DNA of 53,047 nt from Catajapyx aquilonaris (lineage: Eukaryota), in the NCBI GenBank assembly GCA_000934665.2, contig KZ538696.1:1-53047 (forward strand), read 5' to 3'. A model generated the notes under the pieces. The model made no database searches. It was not told the DNA's origin and saw only the letters and a list, made by a program, of their open reading frames with translations. Numbering within the stretch: position 1 is the first letter of the stretch; each line of letters starts with the position of its first letter. Shown here one piece after another: positions 12,271 through 25,998 of this stretch. The position numbers were made by a program, and so were the translations under genes.

Positions 12271-15200
12271 TTACGGGTTCTGTGGGGGAGCGGTACAGTA
12301 CACCGAACTATTTTTCCTAAATTTTCTAAGTTAACTTCACTCCGGTGCAGAGAGTCAAGGTTATTGGGTAAGGATAGGCGCTCCATTATGGGGGTGGAAT
12401 ACCACCATTTTACAACTCAGATTTTCTGTAATTTTCTTCACACCGTGCAAGGGAGAAAGGGACATGTGGAAGGGAAATAGGACTTTTTGGGGAGGGGACA
12501 TGGGTGCAGGTGCAATGTCTCAAGTTTGGGCCATGTGCAGTCCCGCCCCAGGAGGTTAGGTTGCCAGACACCTCCAAGGTACGGGTCAGAGACCCTCCTG
12601 ACGCAGGTGAAAGGGAGCTCCCAGGCAGGGATCGAACCAGGGACATTTCACTCAACAAGCCATCTCGGCCACCTCACCTCCCCCATATTGCTTATATGCA
12701 CACTGCAGGCTATAGCATAATAAAAAATGAGTTAACTAGGTTCTACCTATTCATAATTATAACAGTACATGTCAACTTATCGATTGCCTCTGGATGAGCC
12801 GTGTTCAGCTTCCAACGACATGTTTTCCAATTATTAACTAGATGCACATTATCACCATAATTTCAGTGTGACGAATAAAACAACAAGTGGGGCTTGAATA
12901 AATTACATAATATTACAACAAAGGCGCAAATAAATGTCATCAACCATTTAAGCTAAACATTAGAGCAATGTTTCTTGTCTCAATAGCCTACTAGGAGAAA
13001 TGTATGAATTGGGTCTAAAATGGCACGCCAACAGCATAAAAGGACATGTTTTTTTTGCAGTATAAGCGTGTGGAGGAAAGAAGATGAAATTCCCGATATC
13101 ATCCACGCAAGGAGGGGTATGGCAAGAGCTATTCAATGAAGTTTCTAGAATTGGGTTTGACATCCCACACTCCTTCCTTTCAATTTCATCCTACGCCTCA
13201 TGCTGAATACAAAAGTCTTACAGTTCTTACAAGGCCGGTATATATGGAACGCATCCGATTCACATGGCAAATAGAGACACCAAATACAACATTACGTATA
13301 AGGGAGCACTATACCATTAGAAATCATCATTGAAATTCCTCAGCTTTAAGAGCCACCATTTATTGCACTTTTAATTAATATTTGAGGCAAGTAGGGTTGA
13401 AATATTTGTTTGCAGTACATTTTCATCTCCAAAATTAGGCTTTTTTTATATGGTTGTTGTGATAGGGTGTACTGTACGTCAGCAAAAATGTATTAGACAG
13501 CTCTCAGGTGTTCAGTAGGCCAAATATTCGGAAATTGGTTTAGGTTGCATGATTTTCGTGAGTTATAAGTAAGCTGATTTCAGCCAATATTGAGCTGAAC
13601 ACGCACCACGATTGGCTATACCAGCCTTCCAGTGCAGTTTTCCTGATTACGTAAGATTAAAGTAAGCCAGAATGTAGGTCGCAGGGAAGATCACATTCTG
13701 CATGTATCAACTTTCCATTGTAATCACATTATTATTATTATAGGACAAAAAATTCTTCTAGAGCTTATGTGGCAATATACCTGCGGCTACGTTGATATAA
13801 TAGAATATGGTTCATCATAGTGTAAGTTACAATGAAAATTGATACCTAAATAAATATGACTTATAATATTGTGTTTTGGTTTCGACCTCATTTTTATATT
13901 CCTTCCTTATACACGTAGCATTCAATTTTGATCTCTCGAAAATCAACAAGTCATATTCCAGGTAGTGTCAAAAACCCGTTTCACTGCGGGGGCTTGAACT
14001 CTCAAGTGATATACCCAAAGCTTCACTGCTGCTGTTGAAGTGCCAGATCCCAGGATATCAATGTTTGAAGAAGGAAATTGTAGAGAAAAAAAAAGAAAAA
14101 AAAGAGAGAGTTCCGCTATATAGTCTGGAGCACGAACTTGAGTTCCGCCAAGTGAAATTTTCATCCTAGCATTAAAATCGGACCTAAAAAAATACTTCTG
14201 ATCTATGCACTAGTAAAGTGGAAGTTAAAAAAAAACCTCCATTAATTCTAACTGACAGTGCATTAGTAGTTAGGTCAGATTTATGAGCCCGTTAAATTCA
14301 GTGGAGGTCGCTACACCAACAATGCAAAGAATGGTGCTCCGGTACGCTAATTGACTGCATTATCGTAAGGGTGTCTAGTTGTCAAACTTGGTCTTCCGGG
14401 TGTCCAAGAAAGATAGTCCATTACTCCAATCACATTATGGATTCCTGGTAAACATCGGCCATTAAATGTTATCCCCGGATTTCAGCCTTGATTTATTTAT
14501 TTTTCAAGCCCCCCCTGTAAGGCGCAAATAGGATAGAACGGGGCGTAAAACCTATTAAACGCACTGTTAAAGTACACATTTTGTAAGGAACTTTCAATAA
14601 GACGGTGGGAAGATATACAGCGCAAACATTTCGTGGAGTCGATAACTGGAGGCTGGTCCAATCGATAGCTTTGAAGAAAAGAAGGAACAAAAGGGAAGCC
14701 CTTTCAGGATACAATCAAAGAGCTTACTTTCCAAATAGAGACATTATAACACTGTCTATGAAAACCTATGCACTTTGCTATTGTGGATATATAATAGGCG
14801 ATATAGGCACGCTTCTAAAGTCTTGCACTGTTTAGGCTGTGAAAGTGGGAGTATGCCAGCTAGTGTGTAACTTAATCACTGTAATACAGCATTTCAATTA
14901 ACATAATTATGAACGTGTTCAGATAATCGGATGTAATCAGGAATGTGTCATAGTTTGCCACTGGCTGACAGCATGCGATGTTGCCGAGCCTTTCCTTGTT
15001 TCAGGTGCAGTGATCAACTTTAAAAGGGTAAAACGACGACAAAATATTATAAATTATTGCCACTTTCTATAGGCATAAAATTGTGAGTAGTAAGTTACGT
15101 TACAACTATGTATAATTCACGAAAAATTGCCGCCTTGTTATTTTTTTTCGTTGTTTATTATTGCCGGAACTGCACACTGCCTTCATGCTTGAGGCAGTTC

Positions 15201-16444
15201 TTTCATTACACCAAAACAAAAACGGCGGAAAGTTTGGCCTCCTTGGTCATAAAATATCTTAGGATAATTTGTATTTCAGGATACCGTACCAGAAGAGGTA
15301 GTTATCCGACACATTCAAAACTTTTTATGGCGTGAAAGGGGCCAATGGTTCAATGTTCAACGTAGCCATTAGGAGAGTTGATGGCCATATTCTGATGGAA
15401 TAATAATAAACTAAATTAAAGGAGTGGTATATTGTTGTTGCTTAGCTTTTTCTAGTCTGTAGTGACAATAAATAGGTTTAATTATCTTGAGTACGGAATC
15501 TGAGGAAAATACGGTTTTAATGGGAGAAGCAGATATTTATTATGCCAACCTCTTCAGAAATGGTTTCCCTTTTCTGGCGTTATATTGTTTATCATAATTA
15601 ATTGCTTTTCGGTTATATCTTATATTAAAATTATGTAAGAAAAATGACCAGTGTGTAAAACCAAGCATGCACCGCTTATTATGCCTACTGTGGTCACGAA
15701 ACAATTTCAAGTATTTTGGGTGATCATAGTCACCATACTCTTTCGAACTGCTTGTGACCTAAAATTGTCCTACGGGTGTTAAAATTGCCCATGTCTGCAC
15801 CAGCCTTAAAGTACATCAATGGAAAATAAAATAAGAATAAATGTGTCACCATATTCCCCTCTTTTCCCAGGTGCCCTCTTTCAGCCGATATACCCTGAAA
15901 TATGTAATTAAGCACTTTAATTTTCATCTTGAATTTCAGCCACAATTTACACGGAATACCCTCTGTCGGTTATTAGGTGCAGGATTCATGTTACGAAAGT
16001 ACTGGAAACAAAGTGTCCCTATAGCTTCTGTTCTCTATAATTATTATATAAAGTGATAAGATATTGTGGTCTGTGTTTAAAAACGGCTTGCCAAATGTAA
16101 CTTATCGTATATATTGTAATGGAAGGTATATATGCTTCGCTTTGAATCAATCGCTTTCAGTGGAAGATATTCCCACCAAAAATCTGTGGAACAAATTAAC
16201 ACAATATATGCTGGAATTATGGAGAATTTTGGCAGATTTCAGGGGTAGTTCTGAATTAATAAGTGGTATTGTTACTTGCTTGGTCACGGTTACTCTGGTG
16301 CGCAGCAAATACCAAAAGACAACGACACCCACGTGAACTCAGCTTAATTGACTCCGACACATGCCACCTTGACAGACGGTCTTGGTTTCAATTTAAAACT
16401 CCCGGAGCAGTTGGCCCAGAATGACACCAGCAGCTCTTTTCTAA

Positions 16445-17074
16445 CACTCACAAGGGAAAAACCAAGGTCGGTCGCCTCCGATTTCGTTGAAACTCGCTTG
16501 AGGGATCACTCATGTGCGATAGACACAGTGGAGAAAGTCCTAGATGCCACTGTCCATCCGTTTCCGAGATATGAGCTACAGAAACATCCGAATTTTGGCC
16601 GCGCGTATAGGGGCCTTGATGGGCCTTGCACTTGTCCCTTCCCGCTCGACACCTGCACAGTGTTGGGCATTAATCGCGTCATGCTGCTTGCGACATTTTC
16701 TGATGCGGAAGAAGTGCAAATCGAAGTGATAGGGTGTGAGCCGTGCGAGTAAGAAGAGTGTCTTTAGTGACGTCACCGGTTGGGGGTCAATGTAGAAAAG
16801 GCTTGTCCCCCAGCCAGTGACGTCACTCAAGGGCTACCATTTCTTACTCGCCCGGCTCGCACTCGATCACTTCGATTTGCACTCCTGCCGCATCGAAAAA
16901 TGTCGCTAGAAGTATGACGGCCAAAATTCGGATATTTTTGTCGCTCGTATCTCCGAAACGGCTAGACAGTGGCATCTAGGACTTTCACCACTGTGTCTAT
17001 CGCACATTAGTGACCCCTCAAGCGAGTTTCAACGAAATCGGAGGCGACCGACCTTGGTCGTTCCCTTGTCAGTG
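16445..17074. mobile_element. CACT-ended foldback MITE (CMC-like) hosting a nested MITE
   Basis: About 155-bp inverted arms CACTCACAAGGGAA... / ...TTCCCTTGTCAGTG; no clear TSD. Confidence 0.8.
16658..16920. mobile_element. CAGTGTTGG-family MITE lacking its right tip
   Basis: Homologous to 41552-41815; right end fuses to the host arm at GACGG/CGGCCAAAA. Confidence 0.8.
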
Positions 17075-17573
17075 ATGCGAGTGGCATCACACCGAAAGGA
17101 GCAATAAGAATGTTTCTGTGTAATCAAAGTCTATCAGCAGGCCGCAGCTTTCCTTCTCCTCCCAAGTTTGGGAATGCTATTTCGTGGAAAATTCCTGTTG
17201 TCATGTCCCTCCACTGTTGCGGATTACGATCCTCCCGAGCCCAAACTCTCTCGGCCTTTTCCCCAAAGAATCCTGGTGACTTTAGCTATAATTGGGGAGA
17301 CAAAGAAATCCGACCTTGTGTCAACAAACCCATCAGTCCTTCTCTCTTCCGTCCTGTTGACAATGTTGCAGTTGGATAGCATGACAGTAAGGGTTTCATA
17401 TTTCCCTACAGCTTCCTTTCTCAGCCGGTACAAAAATCGATACACTAAATAGTTTTTGGGACCCCCACCGTCAACTGACTTGTGGTTAGTGTTTCATATG
17501 TGGATACTGTATAATGTATGATGGTTGTATGGGGATGTGCATCTAATTTTGTGAAACTGAACTTATTGTACTA

Positions 17574-18132
17574 CTAGCTGCGGCGTTGCCCGGGAAGAAA
17601 TGAATGAAGGGAAAACACCTGCCAGTACCCCCGTCAACTGTCTGTCTTTCTGTGTGTCCGCCCACCAATGTCATCTGTGGTCCTGCTACTCCAACACCTT
17701 CAACCTCTCCCGCCTGCATAACGGCAATTTGCCTGACATCTGTAGTCAACCCCCAACACCTCCATCCTCTCCCGGCCTGGGGGTGGAGCACAGATGGCAG
17801 GCAAATGACGGTTGGCAGGCGCAGGGTCCCCTACATGGTTGCCTCCCCCACCCTAACCAGGGTATTGTCTTCACGTAGTCCTTATGCAATCTATCTCCAA
17901 TATGGCCGCCCCATGCTGCAGGATAGGGAATTGGCAAGCGATTCGTTTTTGTTTTTTTCAATTGTTTTTTTTCACTGCATGTAGCTCCTACGTGAATTAG
18001 CTCCAATATGGCGGAGAGACAATACCCTGTCTAGGTGGGGGAGGCACTCATGTAGGTGACCCTGGGCAGGCGGACAGACAGACAGAGAGGCAGACAGACA
18101 GACATACTCACAAACGGCTTTATTTATATAGA
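17574..18132 (-). mobile_element. Non-autonomous Helitron, copy 2, interrupted by a hAT MITE
   Basis: A|TC...CTAG|T termini on minus strand, same body as copies 1 and 3. Confidence 0.88.
17822..18064. mobile_element. hAT-type MITE
   Basis: CAGGGTC...GACCCTG termini; perfect 8-bp TSD GGCAGGCG (17814-17821, 18065-18072). Confidence 0.9.
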
Positions 18133-18429
18133 TCTGACCTCCCTAGGGCCGTGGTAGTGTTCCAAGTAAACCAACAACCTGTTCAGTTTATTAGACTAAC
18201 CTCCTCTCCGGCTGTCTCACGACTACCTTCAACTTCAAGCGGGAAGGTCCACCACCCGATATTAGTGGGCCTATCTGACATCCCCGCTTCCCGCCATCTG
18301 TTGGCAAAACTACCAACTCACAATCTTATAGATGCTGGTGTGCCACAATACACATGATTATAACTTGAGGTTCGCGCGGCATAAAATGAATTCGCGAGTG
18401 ACAAACGCTTGCTCCGAAGTATTGAACGA

Positions 18430-18690
18430 CATTATCGCCAGTGGTGAAAAATCACAATGATATTTTTGCACAAGTTGAGTGAATAAATCAAAAAAGACGA
18501 TGGTGGGAGTTGCGACTGGAAGTCCTGCTCTTCCTCGATAACATTTTCAACCCACACATCACATGTTTCACGGTCTGCGGATCACGCTCAAACTCTTTAC
18601 TCGTCTGCCCTATTCATCAGCTCAGGCCGCGTCAAACTTCACCTCTTTGCCAAATTGAAGAAACGCCTACGTGTATTAAGGTTTGATGGT
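18430..18690 (+). pseudogene. Decayed mariner transposase fragment
   Basis: VLLFLDN (cf. LLHDNA) and, across a frameshift, LPYSSAQAASN/HLFAKLKKRLRVLRF (cf. PPYSPDLAPSDFHLF..LK..LRG.RF). Confidence 0.75.
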
Positions 18691-20532
18691 GGAAAATTTT
18701 CAGCATGAGATATATCTACTGCGAAATTCTGTTGTTAAATTAATGGGCCGGAGAGCAATATTTTAAACTCAAATGGTATAAATCAGGAGCCAGTATGACA
18801 CGTTTTTATCGTAACTTATTCTCGAAATATAACCAGCGGCACTATTTGCTTTCAAAAAAAAATAAAAAATGTTGCGATTTGGCTCTAAGCCACCCTATCT
18901 TCACACATGACGTGAGGAGTTGGACGCTGACATGGGTTTTACATGTCTCTAAAGTTGCCGCTTCGTATATCGTGACTCATTGCTTATACTTCTTGGCTAT
19001 GACAAAAATTAGCATTGTCATTGATGTCCCATCTTGTCTCTAGTCTACATAGTTAACTGTTAAAAGATCCCAAAACAACCATTCATTAAGATAATGTCAG
19101 TAGGCAATCGTTATACCTGTTAAAAATTATGAAATAGATTGTCATGTCAAAGCTAAATGTTTATATTTAAAGGCACTGTTTCATGGATTCATTATGTTCA
19201 GCATTGCTCAGTAATGTTGCATAATAGAGGACAAAACGTTATTGTGAAAAGTTTTTGACAAACTGCTGCCTTTAAAAATTAGTTCCATTCATTTTACAAC
19301 AGAGAAGGCTTGAATGTATCTTAAAGGATGTCTTTCACAAAGATTTCAAGAGTACAAAATAACCTGTTTTGCACTTTGAACCACAGGAAAGGGAAATTTA
19401 ATCTGTGAGCTTAAAATGACTCTGAATTCTATCAAAGGGACCATACAGTATATTGGTGTCAGTACGCTCCGGTTATTATACCTTCACCTCATGATACTGT
19501 AAGCTTCCTGTTCAGTATATACTCTCTGGTAGGTGTTCCTAAAGGTGCGCACTTCCTGAGGTGCCTTGAAACATTCCAAGATAAAAAGTGAAATTAATAT
19601 TGACGATTGTGCCTTCATTTCAGAGATAATTGCCAATTATTTTTCCTGTGCATTCAAATCTACAACTGAGAATATCCTATACGGTCGTAATGCATATAGA
19701 CTGATTATTTCCATAATCCACAGAGCCGGTAATTTTGTTTTTAAATATAATTTTTATTCTACAAGAATTATGTTCAATGGCGGCTTTGGACAAATGTGTT
19801 TGTCTGAATGAAAAGTATGTTCCATTTCTTTTCGGAATAGAACCTGTTGAGAACGGCAAAAGATTGTTTTGTCTTTGCCCAACAAAAAGTGTTCAAGTGT
19901 TTAAAATATGGCAAGCACGCAGTATCAGAAGAAGTCTACTCAGTCAAGTCGTCATTGTTGACTTATAAAGAAGCTCCAACGTTTGTGACCGGAATGAGAA
20001 AAGGAAAAAAAGGGATCATATATCAGTGCCGTGCTTAGGATGGATCAGTTCGAGTTCGATTTATACTTTAAGGATGGGTTATCAAACTTTACTCACATAA
20101 GACCGGATAACACTGCGGCAAAGTGTAGAAGAGTCTACAGTATATAATAAGCACTGGATATCTTCTATGGTATTCTCTGTCCCGAGGGTTAAGGCAGAGA
20201 TCAACAACCTCATTATATGAATGCAACCCACTCCGGATCCCCCACCGCATAGGTTGGCTTACAGGTAACCACAACATATTTACAAATGTTGCAGTAACTG
20301 TAACTTCGGAACAAATCTCGTCCCTTAATTATAATAAATTAAGCGTACGTAAAGCAAGGCTAAAATTAAGGTAATGTAACAATACATAATATTTTGAGAG
20401 AGTGCGAGCACAAAGTAAACCCGCAAAATTCATGCATAATGGCCAAAGCATTACCACCGAAGTTATAAAGCGAAATTCATAATGTGTACACTAGGTGCGG
20501 GGTAGTTCCTTTAATCTTCGTTGCAGAATATA

Positions 20533-20736
20533 CAGGGTGTTTCAACTTTTTTGTCCGAACAGTTATCAGAAATATTGCACTATAAGCTGCTACTTTGTAA
20601 GCAGCGACTTGTAACCGGTTTGTCGGAGGAATGGGGAATATTCCCTGCGAATCTTGGGTTGAAGTGGCATACACTGCTTACAAAGTAGCAGCTCAGTGCA
20701 ATATTTCCGATAACTGTTCGAACAAAAACAAAGTTG
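20533..20736. mobile_element. Deleted copy of the 8015-8345 mariner MITE family
   Basis: TA|CAGGGTGT start and shared arm sequence TTGTCCGAACAGTTATC; right tip missing. Confidence 0.8.
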
Positions 20737-21440
20737 CCAATATTTTTCTACCACCCTTAATTAGTAATATGGCAATAGTTTAAATATCCTGAGTATCCAG
20801 AAACAAAAACGTTTTAAAATACTTTTACCATTAAAACGCAATAAGCTGTGGGCCGTCGTTCCTATATAAAAGTATTCCCCACATCAGGAATGTCCCCATA
20901 ATATATATCCCCCCAAAACTTTAAGGAAGGTTTGGCCCTCCCTTAAACTTTGTTTGAAGTAACGTCACGAGTTAATGGCAACAAGCAAAGAATTTTCTTT
21001 CCAGAAGTTGGAGCGGAATTGGTGCGGAAAGCCCGAAATTAAACGAATTATCATTTTGTGCAGGATCGATTTCCAACTCTGCTTCCTGCCAGCAAGTAGT
21101 TTGGCGAATTCCCAGGAGCGTCGCTACTCGATAGATACCAAGCTACTGAACGCCCTCGCTCTATCGGACCTACACTCCGGATTCGGAAGGTCATAAGTTA
21201 TGACTCACTTTGTACTGTACCTGGCTTTTATTTTTTTTAAATGGTGTAATGACGTCACTTAGAAAGAGGGTATTAACTTTATTCGCCTCAGAGATGAATG
21301 GTGCTATTAAAAACTGTAGTAAATCACTATGTCTATTTGAGAGCGAAGTTAACGCCCTTCTCAGCTATAAAAGGCGCTGAAGATATTACAGAAACGAACT
21401 ATTCTGGCCAAAGATGATTCTGGCCATAATATGGCCAGAA

Positions 21441-21536
21441 TACAATTGCATTTTAAAAAAATAGCCATCAATTTATTATAACGTCTACATATTATTTAGA
21501 CGTTATAATAAATTGATGGCTTTAAATGCAATTGTA
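21441..21536. repeat. AT-rich inverted repeat/hairpin (possible tiny MITE)
   Basis: TACAATTGCATTT...AGCCATCAATTTATTATAACGTCTA / TAGACGTTATAATAAATTGATGGCT...AAATGCAATTGTA. Confidence 0.75.
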
Positions 21537-21983
21537 GCGTTTTATGAAACACCAACTTTAAGTCCATCAAAACCTTGGGATGCGCCACAGCCTTCAGGGA
21601 GTAGCACTGTACAGTATATATTTTGAAGTGAAGCATGAAGTGAATAAAGACGAGGATGTAGCTTCAGGTGACTCTTCCAGGTCTTGTTCTCTCCTGTGCA
21701 CTCCGTCACAGCTGATGCCCATCAGCAGGACTTTTCTGATACCGGTAACAATATTACCCGGACGTCAATGGCGATCAACGCTGAAGGGGATCTAACTTCA
21801 ACTACTTCCTTTATGTCCCAACAATTTTTTTATCGGCTATGTTAGATGAGCTTATAAGGATTGTTGATTTTTAGGTCAATAATTCGACAATTTCGTGGTT
21901 TTAATGGTCAGTGCTTGATTAAAATAGAGTGATAAATTTCATTGGGATTAGTTCAATCCACACTGCATGCTTTGTAGTCCTAC

Positions 21984-22073
21984 CTTGACATTTTTGGAGT
22001 TGGGGCTGGTCACTTGAACCGTATCATCTGGTTGTGTTCTCCACTCGTTCTTTCCCATTGGTTGAGTTTGCAT
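21984..22073 (-). CDS. Putative coding exon segment (MQTQPMGKNEWRTQPDDTVQVTSPNSKNVK); exon 21984-22096
   Basis: Acceptor TTACAG| at 22097, AAGATG start, 30 open codons, phase-0 donor AAG|GTAGG. Confidence 0.45.
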
Positions 22074-24460
22074 CTTCAAACAGATTTCTATTACACCTGT
22101 AATGCAATACTCAAAATAAAGCAACTGATACAAGTAAAATAACAGCAATAAAAAGAGAACAAAAATTATAAAAAAACTAAACAGTGAAAGTAATGGAAAG
22201 TAATGAGTCGAGCAAAACAATATTATAACTTCACATTAGGGCGTTCAAAACTTGTTGCGTGTCCACCATGGGCGAGGCATTTTTGCATAATCCATGAGCT
22301 GAGTTTTGACGGTTCTCTGACATGTCAGCACAGCAATATCGGTAATTGGAAACCGGAACAAGCATCAGCAAAGAACAGCATGCTATGCTTACAGGTCATA
22401 CACGCCTAGCTACGTCGCCGACCTATAACCGCAATTTCAACTGAACATACGCTGTACCCTAATACGCGAAGGGGGCGAAACCCCACAAGGGAAATCGGGG
22501 GCGAAGCGAGTATGCTGTAATATACCACTAAGTATAGCGACACTTCTTCCAACTTATTCTGAAAAGGTCAACTTCGGCACATCAAAAAATACTCGTTTTC
22601 AATACTCCTGCTGCCATTTCCGTTATGTTTGGCCTCACTGCACATGCACTTCAGATAGCAGCTTCAAACCACTTTATAGACACCATTGACAGTTTGCAAG
22701 TAAAAAGTTTGAGGGAATAGAAGTCATCCGTATAGAACGTACGTAGTTTGGTTGAATGGGTCTATCCTCCCAGGCGCCACATTGTCTGTCTATCTGTACA
22801 ACGCCCGCCCACCCCCTGCCGAGCTCCGTCCTTAATCTAGGTACGACGTAGTCTGGTTGGGACTCCAATTCGAGAGGTCCTCAAACATGATACTTGGAGC
22901 ACATGCATACCTCCAAAGCTGAACAATCAGCGGATCCTAGTGTTCCCTCTGGTTATTACCTGACATATCTTCCCGCCTCTAAGTATTGCCAACCCTGGCC
23001 TTAATCATCCCATTGAGAACTGGGAGCCACTCCAAGTTCTGAACTTCAATGGGCTCATTTACCTCCACACAAAAAATATTATAAAAGAACAAAAGACGTC
23101 TATCCATCCTTCTTCCTCCTTTGCTGAGCACACCTATTCTGACAGGACAGGTCTGACAATTGGGGAGGAATTTGGTGATATATTACTTTCAGTTTCACGA
23201 CCGTACTTGCGAATTAGTCATAAGATAAGCCCTACATATTCATCGATTGTTGTATGCCCTAATTCATTCGTTAGAAACGTTTCAGGCAGGATTATTATTA
23301 AAGGTACGACCTGCACTAATGTAATGTGGTCCGCACTTTAATTATAGCGACAAACACGCGAATTCAATATTGCTGTCAGACGGTGTGACACGCGAAGGTG
23401 TCTTAAATTTTTTTCTGGTCATGATGCAACACGTCATACGAGTAAATTGTGGGCGTTTCGTAATTAGAGCAACAAACTTCTAGGGTGAACGCCTGTGAAT
23501 CAGGGGGTCACTTTATGAAAAGGTGTCATTTCGTCTTCGCAGTTTCGTTACCCAGATAATGAGCTAGACATTAAATATCCTGGTTAGGTATGCATCCCTC
23601 CAAGCGACCTGGTCTTTTTATTTATAATTAAGGTGTTACAATACAATTTTAAGTTAAATTGCGATCTCGCATCAGGAGTCGATAGAAGCAGCGAAACTGC
23701 GCAGACCATAGACACCTCTATAAAGTGACCCTCTGGTGCCCAGAAGTTCATTCTATAAGTTTGTTTTACTAATTATAAAACACCCTCTAGGTACAGTAAC
23801 AGTACAGTAACAGTCCTGCAATGCTGCAAGAGGTACTATCTGTCACAAAAAGTTTTGGCCGAAAATGAAGGGAAAAGTCTTGAAGCAACCCTTCACACAC
23901 ACACACGCACCTCCTTAACGTGGGGTCTGTGCGAACGGTTGCTTCAAGAACTAAAGTAGCCAAAAGTATTTGAACCCGATAGTACACCGGAGTACCAAAT
24001 TCAACAAGGGGTTAACCACCTATAACCCTATAACCCTATAACCGATAATATATAACCGACCTATAACCGACCTATAACCTCCCAGGTATGAGGTACTCCT
24101 TAACCCAGATATGCCGAGTGTGCCCTATAGGGGACACCTGCACAGTTGTTACATTTTAATATTTTTGCGCAGGTTCTTCTGCTGCTAAAGAGCTGGCAGT
24201 AGTGATGGGGGCTTCAGTAGAGTCCCAGCTAACTATACCAGTTCAAACCGGCTCAATATTGCTTCAGATTTTTAAGATACAGGTGTTTGAATTTTAACGC
24301 AGGAAATAATGTCTGCACCTCCACGTTCCGAAGACGATTAGTAATTAATTCTCGAATGTTGATTAGCAGTGTGAGTTATTTTTTGTTTGTAATACTTAGA
24401 AAACTTATGAATGATGATGTCGATGCGGAAATATAGACATATTTTTTACTTTCCTTGTCT

Positions 24461-25998
24461 GTGGGGGAGATCAACTATAAGCTCACGCGAAAAGAGGGAG
24501 AGTAACTGGGGGCTGGAGTGAACCCGGAAGACCGGAAGTGGCGAGTCACCGGAAGTTGACCATGACACCTATTTAGGTCACGCTTAATCCGCATGTGAAA
24601 ACCGTTTGTCTCTTTCTTTTGCGGTTGAGGCCCTGATACCTGTCCACAGACGGTCAGACAGAGCCGTTCGATAATACTTTTTTTTCGATTACGAGAAAAA
24701 GTCTAAAATTTATCCTCCTGATGTATACGCTTTGGTTATATTCGCTCAAATTCGTTTCTTTTTTATCGGGGAAGAGAGACAAGTTTGATGGCTCTGCGAG
24801 ATGGCGCATATTTTAGAATTTTTGGAAAAATACCGGTAAGTGTTCAATAAAAAATTCATTTTACACCATCGATGTTTGCAACATTTTCGTGAATTCGTCG
24901 AATTTTTTCACCACAAATAGACGAGATAACTGGTTTCTTTCCGCATTAATTACAATTAAACGAACATAATTCATAAAGGTGTAAGGGTACCACTACTACA
25001 TATGACATTACATACCCCAGGGTCAGGACCCTGGTATGTAGTGTGGATGCACCACATTTTAATGATTATGTTTGATTATGAATTATTTAAAAATTTTGCC
25101 ACAATTTCCCATAGGCTTTATGACTAGCCAGGCAGTTTGGGTCTCCTCTTGTGGAACCTTCTCCAACTACCCGTCTGCGGCATTCATGGAAAAATCAGAT
25201 TGTTTACTCTTCGGACTAAAATTCTGCAGAATTTTAGTCAACTGTTGCACCATCAATTGAACCTGTACAGCGACATTTGATTTTCCCCACATTTTTTGAT
25301 ACAGAAATTGTGACAAAATATGTAGAAAACATATTTTGTCACAATTTGTCGCAATATTGTTTACTCTTCGGGCTAAAATTCTGCAGTAAACAATCTGATT
25401 TTTCCCCAATTGCCGCAGACGGGTAGTTGGAGAAGGTTCAACAAGTGGAGACCCAAACTGCCTGGCTAGTCATAAAGCCTATGGGAAATTGTGGCTAAGA
25501 TTTTAAATAATTCATAATCAACCATAATCATTAAAATGTGGTGCATCCACACTACATACCAGGGTCCATGACCCTGGGGTATGTAATGTCTTATGTAGTA
25601 GTGGTACTTCCACCTCTATGAATTATGTTCGTTTAATATTGTAATTATGCAGAAGAAAAACCCAGATATCTCGTCTATTTGTGGTGAAAAAAATTCGGCG
25701 ACTTCACGAAAATGTTGCAAACAACCATGGTGTAAAATGAATTATTGAAATCTGCGCTATCTCGCATTGTAAGTTATGCCTCTCATGTCCTTACAATAAA
25801 AAGGAAATTACATGTTCGGGACTCCTCCATTGAGTCACCTGGAAGAGGCTATTTCAATAGAAAATGAGAGGAAATGTTCTCTTTTCACTAAAGTTGCGCA
25901 AATAGGAGTCAATTTTGTACAAAATGTCTGTCTGGAATTAGCTAATTTTTCACATATTTAACCCTTGGACGACTACGGACATCATATGATGTCTTAAG
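24461..25998 (-). repeat. Inverted duplicate of 45408-46958
   Basis: Colinear reverse-complement match over about 1.54 kb with scattered substitutions and small indels. Confidence 0.95.
24795..25766. mobile_element. About 970-bp foldback palindrome (second copy at 45679-46632)
   Basis: Arms of more than 400 bp, TGCGAGATGGCGCA... / ...TGCGCTATCTCGCA. Confidence 0.85.

Larger units (their letters stand above)
11829..12683 (-). mobile_element. tRNA-derived SINE family B with extended 3' tail (contains a MITE and an assembly gap)
   Basis: Head GGTGGCCGAGATGG...GGTTCGATCCC; TSD CATATTGCTT at 11819-11828 and 12684-12693; homologous to the 27425 and 39445 copies. Confidence 0.85.

Noticed and set aside
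11844..12480. Long ORFs spanning X residues
   Set aside because: Artefact of the N gap
20097..20277. Minus-strand ORF ending at a GTGAGT donor
   Set aside because: Only the donor supports it; no clear acceptor or homology
22440..22520. GGGGCGAAACCCC-type hairpins suggestive of a ribozyme
   Set aside because: No CUGANGA core in a compatible position; cannot support a hammerhead
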